Positions 1 through 13,100 of a DNA stretch of 64,000 nucleotides are shown piece after piece; within the stretch, counting starts at the first letter, position 1; each line of letters begins with the position of its first letter. The position numbers and the translations under genes were made by a program. This stretch comes from Tubulanus polymorphus (Eukaryota; Animalia; Nemertea). The notes beneath the pieces were generated by a model. That model was not told the origin of the DNA. It ran no database searches and saw only the letters and a program-made list of their open reading frames with translations. Location of the stretch: contig NC_134027.1 of the NCBI RefSeq assembly GCF_964204645.1, positions 4,310,485-4,374,484 of the forward strand, read 5' to 3'.

Positions 1-695
1 GACGCCATGGCAAAGTGAAAATACCAACGTGAAAATTATTGATGCGACCACTACTAATATGTATGCATGTTTATCCGTATCAGCAAAAATCAGATCAGTC
101 AATCAAACAATCTATCAACCCCTTTTAGTAACTTCTTCACATCTGACGATGGTCTTTTGAGAACCCGCTGAAACAACGTCCTTTTTTAAGCTTTGAATTC
201 TAACTTTTGATAAATGAATCTCGTTTGAATCGCTTGGATTTTATTTCTATTGTCTATTCTTCCCGTTTGAGTGTGGCTATTCTCCTGCAATCTCGTCTCG
301 GTTTTCAGTATAAAAAAAAAAATCTGTTTGAGTAAAGTCTTATATATCAGCTCTTTTTGAATATTTTCAATTCATTTGTTTTCTCACACGTACCTTTTAT
401 CGGGTTACCACAGTAAAAAGGATCGTATCATACATAGCGTGTGAATGTCAAAATACGCAAGATGTTGTTCGGCGCCGAGTGAAAAAGTGACACAGCTGCT
501 CCTGAACTGAACAACTGGTATTAATTGCTGCTGGCTATGTACATGCCGATGATAATGCGAAATTTATATAATATTCACTTATTATTCGATAATTTGCAAA
601 TAATAGTGAATTAGTCGCGCGATACCCTATAGCAGCCATGCGGTCATGTGTTTCAGTCAGGTGACGACGCCATGTCGACGGTAGAGGTAGGAAAT

Positions 696-772
696 CGTGA
701 TTAGACTAAACCAAAACACTAGCCCCAACTTAGCACGGCCTCTTGAGCTAGAGAGTTGGTTAGCTCAATCAC
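696..772. repeat. Imperfect inverted repeat (MITE-like hairpin)
   Basis: CGTGATTAGACTAAACCAA (from 696) is approximately the reverse complement of TTGGTTAGCTCAATCACG (ending 772). Confidence 0.5.
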
Positions 773-1867
773 GGATAAGCCGTCTAACCACGTTTAGACC
801 AAAGCCCAACGCACATGACGCAGGGTATGACGGAAGACAGGAGACATAAACATATTTCCGAGCCGAGCGTTTTCCTGTGACGTATGTGCGTCAATACGTT
901 GATACTGTTTTACTGCAGCGTTCGCTCCTGACGGTCGCCTACGTGCACAGCGAAAGGTTTTTTTGGTTATGATTAGAACACAACATTAAATTAACAAAAA
1001 GGCTTTGAAAGATATGCGCACGCCTTAGAATTTGATCGAACATGAAATCTACGGCTTTTGCTTCAAAGTTATTAAATATTGCTTATGGAATTCTTATCTC
1101 TTTAATTTACCCAAATCGTAGTTCTACCGACATCATGCAATCCGCTTTCAGATTGACTACAAATGCAACTGAACTCCATCAAAGTAAACTGATTATCCCA
1201 TCATTTTTTTGTTCTATTGGAACATGTTCTTCTTATGATTCAGATTCCCAGGGCGAAGCTTGCTCGTTGTATAGAGCGTGTAAGGATTTTGTTTATAATT
1301 CAAGGTGCTGCGCAGTAAACTGAACCTAAAATCAATCGGTTGCTAATGAGATTTTACATGAAAGTTTCCACCATGATATAATAGCTGAGATTTGATTTCG
1401 ACAAGAGGCTATCAGGAAGAATTACAATCATAACTGTGCCCGAGTTGAAATTGATATCTATAAAAAAGTACTTGATAATGGGTTTAAATCACTTTAAGAA
1501 CTTAAATGTTTCGTGAAAGGCAACTTGGAAACAGAGTAAACAGAACTGTTATGGTGACATGCACTCACCGAGGAGCAAGCGGAAAACTATTGCAGGAAGA
1601 AATTAATAAATCTAATCTGCTATACTCGACATCGGTGAATGTAACCATTGGTTTGTAAATGATGCGAGAACGTTTTTTGCCAGTCGACAATAATTTGCGG
1701 GAGCAGTTTTTCAAATAACCACATTAAACAACGTGTGCATCGTTGTAAGTAACGCAAATGGCGCGAGCGTAATGCAATGCGATGCCATTATTTGTCTCAA
1801 AAATACATAAAACCCAGTGGTCCGAAAATCAAGACGCCATAGGACGAACTAAGCGTCAGACGCTTAC

Positions 1868-1940
1868 CTAACAAGTTTATAGATTTGATGTTTTATCGAA
1901 CTAACAAGTTTATAGATTTGATGTTTCATCGAAACTAACG
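1868..1940. repeat. Tandem duplication of about 33 bp
   Basis: TAACAAGTTTATAGATTTGATGTTT(T/C)ATCGAA occurs twice in direct succession. Confidence 0.85.
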
Positions 1941-3368
1941 CTATAACAATGGTGTTGATTCAGAGAGGCAAAATGCGTACACGGAATGGTGAAAATTGAC
2001 GCAATATCGTGCAACCTTATGTAAAATATTTCACCATTGGGAATCGCAGTTGTGGCCACGCTTATATCGCGGTGACTCTTAACTAATAGTGTTTTCATGT
2101 TTGCCTTGGTACCGAGTAATAACAGTTGCACAAAACCCCCGCAGCATCTCGGAACTCGCCTGATAAGCAGCTGATGCGGTCCTCCTAATATCGCACTCCA
2201 AAGATCGATCCCATATTACGAATGAGTTGTGACAAGTTTCTACGCATAAGGTGCCTGCAGGTTTTACTATGTACATGCAGTTAAGTACCTCTCATCAGAA
2301 GGTCCCGGTATAACAATTTCAGGTTACGAAAAACACTTCTGTCGTCTTAACGTTCTTGTCATTTTTTATGAGATTTTTGTTTATCTGTTTGACCGTAACA
2401 GAGATATCGTGAGAAATCAGCATTCCCATTACAAATCCAACATAACTATTCTACTTTTCTACTTCGCAAATTGCATTTACGTTATTGCTACCATTATTAG
2501 TGTGTATTCATGTAATTAGGTAATTACTTCTGTTTGTGTATTTTCAGTTGTTAATCTTCTGCTGAAATTGTACGACAGAAAATGGGTTTTGCGGAGTTGG
2601 GATGGGTTTTACGGTCGTTTGAACGAATTTGCCAGGGATGGATCAGTTTAACCATATTTATATCGGATGTGAAGTGTCTGTCATAGCGATACAGAATTGA
2701 TTAGCGAATATGCCAGTCAATTTTAGTGCGGACTGTATCATATTTCATCATATATCACTTCGAATAATCGAGCATGATTGACCACTGTTCATACCAGCCT
2801 GTCGGTGATAGTACATACTATTGCTGATGTAACGAGATTTCATTTCGTGCGTGTATAATTCCAATGGCCCTGTGCGGGATTCCAGATATCGGTGTAAACT
2901 CTATTTGCCTACGCTAAGGTCACTTGTATAAGCGCACAAGGGTAAATCAATTTATATATCGAATATAGTGATAGATAGTTATATAGATTGACACTCTCAT
3001 CCTCTGGCCCTCTTGCACTATTAACTATTAACACTAATATAATCAACTCCGGTCATGAGGATTACCAAAAAAATTCATTTTTCCTAAAGGCCTACTTTCG
3101 TATCATCCATACAACTATGGTGGCTGATAAGGGCCACATGTATTATCTTTGATGTGACTTCGATCATGAAAAAACGCAAAACGAAACTTATGGAAAACCT
3201 AGGTGTTGTTTAATGAGTTTGTAATCAAAATTGGGACGATGAAACATCAAACACTTAGAAAAGCTGCGATCATACGGAGCCGATTTGGACCATTCACTCA
3301 TGTGATCGCAGCTGTGGGAAATATATTAATGTATGGATTTGGAGTTCTATGAATGAGTGTTATGAGTG

Positions 3369-3443
3369 TTAGGTTAGGTTAGGTTAGGTTAGGTTAGGTT
3401 AGGTTAGGTTAGGTTAGGTTAGGTTAGGTTAGGTTAGGTTAGG
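3369..3443 (+). repeat. (TTAGG)15 interstitial pentanucleotide array
   Basis: 15 perfect TTAGG copies. A perfect 11-bp inverted repeat, AGCTGCGATCA...TGATCGCAGCT (3262-3313), lies just upstream. Confidence 0.97.
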
Positions 3444-4192
3444 TAAGTGAATGTTTTATAATGAATTTTTTTGTGAAAAGTGGTCTATCACCAGGGTTAG
3501 CTTCGTTCGAAGGTCGCGCTATCGCTTGGAAATATAGCTTTTGAATCACTGTCTATGATAATACCTTATTTCTACCTTGACAGCATTATCAGATCCGGAG
3601 TTTGACAACAGCGTTCTTACTGAGGAAGCTTTTGATGTGGCGAGAAATTAATTTCCTAAGTCTGTCAATTGCGTGAACACGGTGATGAACACGGTGACCA
3701 ACAGTCTCGAGTTATTTTTGTATCTCGGTAATAGGGTTTCTTGAGCAGATGGATAATTCGTGGTGATAGCGACGTCTTTCGCAGCGCCGTTTCGGCCGTA
3801 TCACAACACCGCATGGATCCGCATCATTACGGCTACTTTCACATATAAAGGATATCTAATTAAGTAGGGCGTTTTATCAGAAATACCGCCTGTCGCTGTA
3901 CCAAGAGAACTGTTCCATTGAACGCATTCTTCACGGTCAAAGAAAATGAATAGGGATAGTCTGGACATCGGAATAGCTATTGGCGATTTCTAACAGACCC
4001 GTGGTTATTTTGCTGTCACGCTATATCATTTTAAAAGAAAGTATTTTTGCTAATGAATGAACTACTAGAGTTATACTCCCTCCGTCTTAACTAAAATCGT
4101 ATCAATTATAACATCAGCATGATTTATGATTTATTAGCACTTCTATTGGGTTGACATATAGATAAAGGAAATTGGAAGAATTAAAAAAGGTG

Positions 4193-4444
<252 letters not shown>

Positions 4445-5415
4445 CGAAACACAAGGCTTACCTCACCGCTTGCAGGTGTCACTATGATAAATTTCCTGCG
4501 CTTCCTAATGGCTTACCATCGCGACAGGAGTATGGGCGGTTGATGCGTCAAGAACACGCAAACCTAGGTGAAGGAATCAGTGTACAGTGCCCTTAATAAT
4601 TAATATTCATACATATACACGCATTTATACATACAGATACACAATGAGCCACTGGAGCGCGGTTGATGTTCGTGTCTTTTACACCACAAAGCAACTAAAG
4701 CAATCAGCACAGCAACTTACTTTCTTACGCCGTAAAAACCGTTACGAAAATGTGTTCAAATATATAAGATATGCGTTTTTATTGGGGGTACTGTTTGTAC
4801 TCTAACGTCAACAATATTGCCGTTTTAAAATAACAACTGCAATTGTGAGAAGGGGCGTTTATTTTGTAATAAATTAGATTTCATGGCTCATATTTTCTAC
4901 ATAATGAATTTTCATGCATTTTCATTAATGAACTAATATTGTGTGACGATTGGATATTCAGTGCGTCGGTCTTTGATGTTGGGACTTCAATATTTTCAAG
5001 GTTTCAATAAATTTCATGCTAGTTTTCTTGTTACAAGGCATGTATTTATGAGAAAATTCGAAAGACTGCATGAACAGGTGAATTAGTACGCGACAACCAA
5101 AATATATATCAACTTATACAAGGACGGATTAGATAATTAAATCGTCTTTCGTAATTCATCAGTTATTTGGGTAATGTGACATTGTACATACTAACCTTAT
5201 TCTACAATGAATCCTATATGACGATGAAATACAGCACAGGAAACCAACAACACCAGGCATCATTTCGATGTTCATTATTTTGTCGATCTAGTTATTAATG
5301 AAAAGAGGTCAATTGTCTTTTCATCATAAATAATGGATGTTATACGTTTTCATTCAACGAATGTTTATATTATGAACAACATGCGGTCGAGCTAATGACA
5401 AAGAGTTCATTATTT

Positions 5416-5625
5416 CTACGTAGGCGTCCTGGGGACGTATTCGAAAAAAATGTCGATGTTAATTGCGAATTGGTTTTCTAAATCAAACGTAATTTTTGAA
5501 GTTTAATCTGAATATACCTCAAAAATCACTGTTAACTGATAATGCCAGTTCATTGTGAGTAAACTAACTCGGAACTAACCTCGAATTCTTTTTGTTATGA
5601 ATATGTCCCCGGGACGCTTCCATAG
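5416..5625. mobile_element. MITE-like element with 27-bp imperfect terminal inverted repeats
   Basis: Left end CTACGTAGGCGTCCTGGGGACGTATTC; right end reverse complement CTATGGAAGCGTCCCGGGGACATATTC. The interior is AT-rich and non-coding. Confidence 0.7.
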
Positions 5626-6393
5626 ATTTTTATTTCTGCATTTAACAAATGTTAATTTCGCAAGGGAATTCAATTGCAAAGACCGTCTGGAAATCTTTTC
5701 TGGTCTTTATTTAGTTATTCAATCGAATTTTGATGGTTTTCCACGACATCCCAACGTTTACATTTCACTGTAAACAGAAGAGTCTTCTTTCCCATTCTTA
5801 ACACTCGCCTTATGACTGTTTTTCAGTTTTATAACCGTGCATGCTATACATTCCAGTATAAAGACAGCTTTTCATCATCTACAGGTTCAAAGAATCACCA
5901 CCGACAACATTCCTCGCGAGCAACGAATTTAATTCTGCCATCTTCGGCTCCTTTATTCAAACTTACCAAGAAAATGTGAAACACTCGGATATTTGATATC
6001 TGCGACGCATCGATCATATTTGCCTGACATGACTGTGTTGTTCTGTTTCTTTGGTTAAGGCGATCTTTCATTCAGTTGTAAAATGCTTAATTTGAGTCCG
6101 ATAAGAAAAGCTAGACAAAAAAAGGAATTAGTTTGTGAATAAAAGCAGAGAGCATATCTTACGCATATCAATTTGTATATCGTGTGTATTTCAATATTCA
6201 CGAAAGTGCACTTTTTATATGGTGCACAGGCGAAAGGCGCTCGGTTGAGTAGGAGTCCTGTAGTGCTCTACGGAATCCAAAATTAGATGCAGATGAACAA
6301 ATTCACGAACATTTCATATTGGAATGATAACTCTTTGCTTCATTTTGTGGTTATTTGGCCTTGAATCAAGAATATAGGTTTGACATATTTTGA

Positions 6394-6963
6394 ACGAGAA
6401 CTTACGAAAAGTGACACAAATACGTGAATCGATGCTCAAGATTCATCAGGGAGGACCCCTTCCTCCTCCTGCAGGGATTCGAACCTGATGGCATCGAGAC
6501 TCGCCACGGTACTGCCACACTACCCTCCAGGTACATGGACAGCTTAGATGATGTCATTTTTAGCCAATCAGAAATCTTGTTTTACGAGAACTTACGAAAA
6601 GTGACACAAATACGTGAATCGATGCTCAAGATTCATCAGGGAGGACCCCTTCCTCCTCCTGCAGGGATTCGAACCTGATGGCATCGAGACTCGCCACGGT
6701 ACTGCCACACTACCCTCCAGGTACATGGACAGCTTAGATGATGTCATTTTTAGCCAATCAGAAATCTTGTTTTACGAGATCTTACGAAAAGTGACACAAA
6801 TACGTGAATCGATGCTCAAGATTCATCAGGGAGGACCCCTTCCTCCTCCTGCAGGGATTCGAACCTGATGGCATCGAGACTCGCCACGGTACTGCCACAC
6901 TACCCTCCAGGTACATGGACAGCTTAGATGATGTCATTTTTAGCCAATCAGAAATCTTGTTTT
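6394..6963 (-). repeat. Three near-identical tandem copies of a 190-bp unit with a tRNA-like Pol III B-box (SINE/TE-derived)
   Basis: Period is exactly 190 (6394, 6584, 6774), with one visible substitution (6780). The minus strand reads TAGTGTGGCAGTACCGTGG...CAGGTTCGAATCCC (A-box-like plus B-box GGTTCGAATCC). Confidence 0.9.
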
Positions 6964-7023
6964 ATTTGACCCGAATTTTCTATCTATAGTTTATCCGTTA
7001 AATTTGCCTCAGCGATTAGACAA

Positions 7024-7160
7024 ATGATTGGTGCCGCAAGTTTTATTGCATCAAACCTGCGCATGTACCTGCGCGACCAGTCTAGTGTGGCAGGGTTACG
7101 TGCCGTAGCTAAGTCTAAGATGCCATCAGGTTCGAATCGTGTGAGGATGGGGAGGACCTA
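7024..7160 (+). repeat. Diverged inverted copy of the 190-bp unit
   Basis: Shares TGATTGG, CATGTACCTG (7061), TAGTGTGGCAG (7083) and GATGCCATCAGGTTCGAATC (7119-7138) with the reverse complement of the tandem unit. Confidence 0.8.
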
Positions 7161-10100
7161 CGTCAGCCCTTAATACGGGCCTGTAACAACATATCATTGA
7201 TTGACACTTTTTAAGTTATTCTACCTTAACATGTAATCGTTGTTAAGACAAATCTATCGTCGTTATATGAAATTCGTTATACGGGCCAAATTCATTTGAA
7301 CATATATATGTGTGTATGTAGTTACGTTACTAGATATTGAAGAAATGCTGCTTTGGGTGTGTACGCATAAAATATATTGATGTAAAGATATACACCTGCA
7401 GGGTCTGTTACCCACCATTAAAACACGAAAGTAAATTGCTGCCCACATTTCAGACCCAAGTCGATGATTATAGGTTATTGCACACAATTTTGAATGTTTC
7501 ATAAAATTGCTTTAATGTGTTTAGAATTTCAATTCACGTAACATCATCATCTTAGTATACAAATACTCAGTTAAAAATATAGAATGGTTTTTATCCAGCT
7601 AAAATGGACCAATTGATGCTTCTCGATGTAACCGAGTCTGTGTATTGGGAATTACTACGTTACCAGAGGACAATGACTATTTTCGTAGGAGTGGCAATCA
7701 AATGCCACGCTGCAACTGAGATTCATATTGTTATTATATACAGTTGCACCGGAGAAATTCATTTTTGCCTTTAGCATCGATGGTTTTTAAGATGACAAGC
7801 GCGCTGATCAATTCGGTCGAAAGCTAAAATAAATCTTTAAAAAAACATCAGTGCTGGATAACCCCCAAAGGCAATTCAGTATCAGTACCCGATTAAGCGT
7901 CATTTCATCGATAACTAAAAGAGCTCATTTCAAAAGCAAACTACATTTATAAAAACATAGAATACACGAATCCTTTATCACCGCCATTTTGATGCAAGTA
8001 TGATATAATTTCACCGATGATTTTCGGCTAATTTACGGGTGTTGCCACAGATTTCAGACGGGCTTTACATTTCAATGTAAAGTACTGGTGAGCTCGCATT
8101 AGGATTGCAGATAGGTTTAGGGTACTTCAAAAAATCATTGTCACTCGAAGTCGCCCCTAGTTTGACATATCAACTGCAACAACTGTGGTATACGTTCAGC
8201 TTAGACAAGTGATGAAATATAGTGGAATTTGAGAAAGAAGTAATACAAGAACGATGTAATTACGATTCCACTCTTTTACTGCCGTTCTCGTTGTTCCGGG
8301 TAAAACTTGAAAGACAACGACAGGGCCTCATTTCCGTTTGAAAACATGAAAACAAGACTAGATGAGAAAGGAATTTCGTGTTTGAGAATAATAATTGACC
8401 GCTTCGTCGTATTGAGTCACTAGTTAGTTTGCGGCATTACTTACTTTACTGAAAATTTTATCAGCCAAGATTTTTTACATCATTCCAAACTTGTTGTGCG
8501 AGGTGTGTTGTTATTGTTGGACCCCTTGGATGAGAGTAGCTATTCCACTTGGTAAGTAACAGTAATTGTTAATTGTTTAGTCAGATTACTGAATTCGGTA
8601 AGCTTATGTTAAGAAATAACAATCTGATGTTAGAAAAGTGATTCCAGTAGCGACGAAACTACTTTTTAACGTGAATAATGTCGGAATTGTGTATCATAAC
8701 AACCTTTGACATTTTTAGCTCGTATTGATTTTTACTTGACTGCTTCCAAATTTATAAATATCCATCGCGACGAAGCTTTTCCATCGATTCGGTGTTTGAT
8801 TTACATAAAAAGCAACGTTTATCTAGCTAAGCATCAATAACAAAAGACCTTTCGATATCCATTTTATGAACGCTTATTATGAATATGAGGATTTTGAATT
8901 CCCTCTTCAGTAGATAATGCATACGGCACTCTAGGGTCATGTTCAAAGTAAATGATCTTTGGCTGTGATAAAGAAGGGATTGAATTTTCATTTAATGACG
9001 GTAGCATCGATCTTCATTATTATGATGCAAATGCTGTTCTTAGAAGTTACGTAATCTCGGATAATTAATTAGAACTTGTACATAATGAGTTTATACTTTT
9101 CAAGCGGATTACAGGGCATTAGTGTTCTGCTTTGACTGGTAAGAACGTCCGTTAGATGTGACGGGTTCAGCATTTATTGGGCCAAATTATAGTCTATCAT
9201 CAGTAATAGGATTGAGATGGGCTGTAATTATTGACTATTTCTCCATCATAGACCGTGTCCGATGTGTAATTTCTTGACGTCAAAGGAATTACATATATAC
9301 ATTGTTGGTATATACTTTTGTTAATCTTCATCCGACGTGGGATTCGTCACACGCATTCGTGCTGTGTTCAAAACAACACTGGCTTGCAAAATAGAAATTC
9401 TAGAAATTGTCTAGAATTATGCCGTTTTCGTGTCAGGGTCATATTCAGTCGACGAAAACTTGATTTTATTACGGATCGGGAGCAATATTGTATAGACGAT
9501 TGAAACTATTCATACAGATGAAATTGCCATATGTTTCATCAACCGTGTATAAATATGTTATAAAATTGCAGGAACTCCAGCATGAACATGTATTTTACTC
9601 GTAAACTAACTAGTTTGTCAAAATTCTTATCCAGAATTACTGTTAAATGATCTCAATCATCGTCTCATTATTTTCATTGTAGAATAGATCAACAGAATAA
9701 GTCATTGAAAGCTATAATTTTTCAACACGAAGAAAAATCAAATTTTCTGTTTTATCCATTAACGATAGGTGACATGGTATCACAGATATGTATATCAGAT
9801 GTGTACAGTTACTTTAAAAACCAGATCGTTACTATATGTAATGGTGACTGAAATTTGCACCAACGAAGAAACGATGAAAGCCAAGAATGAAGATGGGACA
9901 GATTAGAAATTCATGTCGTTACAAATGTTGTCTGTCGAAACTGGGTTACTGGTATCTTTACGCAACAAGGTAATGCAAACATGAATAGTCGCGAAGTATT
10001 TGCCATTCAACGCAGAAACCGTTAGAGCCGTCCATCGCTTTTTATTTACATACAAGAAATATCGTCAATATGAGAATTGAATTACTTTGGCCAAAGACTT

Positions 10101-13100
10101 TTCTCCTAATAGGATATCTAATGAAACTCGGAGAAGTCATTTATCATCGTTCTCTATGACCCGATGTCGTTTTGTTGACTACAGTCCACCCAAACCAACT
10201 AATTTACCAGTTACAATGAAAGCAAGATTGGCAAATCACTAGAGATGCTTGAACGTTGTGGTGAAACCTCACTGAACAAATTTCAGATATAAACCTGAGA
10301 TGACACAAAGGGTTTGTAACGATTATATGCATCGTCAGTTACAAAATCTCCTAAACCAAATGATCAAAGATTTGTCCACGTACAAATTCAATTATTAACA
10401 ATTCTAGGAATATCTAGAAATGCACACTTAGAAAAAATGCGAACTAAAAAATAAACGTCTCAAATCTATCTTTACAAACTCGAGGCATCGTTACGGATTT
10501 GCAATGCATGATGAATGTTGTGTTGGTGACAAGTCGGTAATAGAAGATAACACCTAATTGAATAAGACTGTCATCCAGAATAGTTCCAGATGACGCAAGA
10601 TAAAAATTAGTATACACGGAGAGCAAAAGGTCTCAATGATTTCTGGTTGCACGGTGAACATCGATTTATTCCATTCACACCCTTTAAAGAGATGAAAAGA
10701 CACAATGATTCGAAATTGATTTTTATACTCATGTCATCTACAATATGTTCTTTGAATATATAATATACTATAAGTACAGAACTATTGAATTCATTGCGGT
10801 TTTTTTCTTTCATTTTTGAAATGGACAGGTGCAGCTACTAATGACATTCAAGACACTGACATCAGAGAATTGCAGTTATTTTGTGCAGATGCGAGAGATA
10901 TGAAGATCCTTTATCTATAAGATCAAAAAGGACTCGGCTGAGTTCATGGCATTTCTCTCCTTTTGTTCTTCTAACGACCAAATACTGGTACTTTCGACGT
11001 GCACAAAGAGGGTGAATTACCTTCTCTTACACTGCTGACAAAAGACATCACCGGACAAACGAAAATAGACACGCTATTATTACCATCACTTCGCTGAGCT
11101 CAAAAGGTATATTTATATTCTATCTCGAACCAGTACCCGGGATGAATTTGTGGGCGCGTTTGAGCGTGAAATTGTTCAACGCATACGCATACGAATCTTG
11201 ATGAAATGATTGGGAAATAGATTAATAGTAAAGTAAATGCACGAGACACGGGTAAACTACGACTCTTCAAAATGAAATAAATCGCAGGACAATATTTGCA
11301 ATTTAAGCAATTTCTTATTGAAACGATGTCGCCCTTACATTTACCATGTGGTGGTACTGGTAATTGTTAATTGGGGCATGATTCTATTAGTCGATATTCT
11401 AGAATCCATAGAAGACATACATAAAACATCAATTTTGTAAATAATTGAAAAAACCTAGGTGTCAAGAAGTTGTTGAGCGTATTCTTTTTTTCATAATCGT
11501 TGGGAATAAATACATGTTTTGTGTAGTAGATTCATTACTCTTGTAGAACCATGGTTTAGTCTTGTAACTATTCCTAAACAAGGCAGATGACAGGAGGGAA
11601 GGGTTACGGCCGAATGGTAGATTTTGCACGTTACCGCGGTGTCAGAAAGACGACCATAAGATTTATGAGATCAGGTAAACGAAGATTACGTCATTAATCA
11701 AACGCTCGTAAAAACTCGGTGTAAGTTAGGTCAAATGTTACAGTATAACTCGTAGTCTTATTCTACGATCAATCACTGTTTACTCGGTAACAAATATCAA
11801 TAGTTTCAGTCTGGCAAGCGATAATTTATACCGCGCAAAACGAAATGATTTTAAAGATTCAGTATGTTTCTATATTTCCAACCAATAACGATACATCCTT
11901 AAATCTGTCTCTGATTTCGAAACTTTACGTACCTAATCGCCGATTCCTCTTAGAACTGAAAACTATTTGAAAGGTCTGTCCTTTGATTTTTCTGTGAATA
12001 CTGTCAGTAAACAATGCGCATCTCATGTTGTTTTAACGCATTTCTACTTTGTTTTGAAATTAGCTTTTCGAATCACGTCTGAAATCTAATCCCCGTAATT
12101 GATTTTATGGCCCAATCGAAACTGTGCATCGGACCTTTCGATTTTGAATAATTCCAATTTACGTGTAGTATTTACGGATTCAATCGGACCTCTTATCAAC
12201 GCGCTTGAGTGTTTAGGGTGCATTCTCATAATGCGCTAAACTTACTCACGAGGATTGAACGACGTATTCGAATTTCCATAAGTTATTCTCTCCAGAAACG
12301 CTCCGCAAAGTAACTCTTTTGACAGGAATAAGAAAAAGAAAATGTGTTTCGATCACACACGATTCAGCAACTTAAAGAGCTAGCAGTAATTTGTCTGAAA
12401 CACCAGAATTCACCGAGTGTTTTCTCGCTGATTGCACGAAAGTAATATTAAAAGCTTGATTAGCATTGCGACACCACGAGGTCGTGCGATTGCTCGTTCA
12501 GGATCCAGTTCCACAGTCATGAGTTTGAGTTAATTCTGTTTTCAAGAGTCAATCTTAATTCAGAACTGTGGAACTTGTTGAGGACACAAAATGACTATAC
12601 TTTTGAAAAATATTTCAACCAGTAGATTATTTTATTGCAGATGGATCGAGATATAATCATCATGACATTTAATAAACAGATGATCAAATAATAATTTGAT
12701 AACGTATCATCATTTTTCTCGAGTAGACACAGACACCTGTTCGAATTAAAGTAAGTAATAAAACTGATATTTAGCAATTTACAATAACCACGAGACACGA
12801 AACAGTCCAAGTGATATCAATCATAGATCGATCAACTCACCGCAGCTGGTAGCGTCTACGTCGGCTCGGAACCTTTGCCCGAATGGCATACGTGGCGATG
12901 AAATTCATTTTCTTTTGCACCATAAACTCCCATCTAACCTAAGAATACGATATACGGTTGTTGATTTAAATCAAGATAGTTTTCAATTGGCCTTCATTGA
13001 TCCTAACAATTCAATTTTAGTTAATATCGCAATTATTTAGTTAATATTCATATGATCGCCTTGTAAACATCACTTAAGAATACTGTATGTATACAGTTGT

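Noticed and set aside
142-180. CTGACGA...GAAAC..GTC hammerhead/Penelope-like motif
   Set aside because: Stem II and helix I do not pair convincingly; at most a heavily decayed relic.
1042-1620. 93-aa ORF with a stop-interrupted, protein-like continuation in the same frame
   Set aside because: Multiple stops and no recognisable domain; a pseudogene call needs a homology search.
6424-6989. Three repeated ORFs (84, 84 and 61 aa); CRISPR or retrozyme interpretation of the 190-bp repeat
   Set aside because: The ORFs are by-products of the repeat. There are no spacers and the context is eukaryotic. The minus-strand CTGATGA is not followed by a stem and GAAA, so there is no hammerhead.
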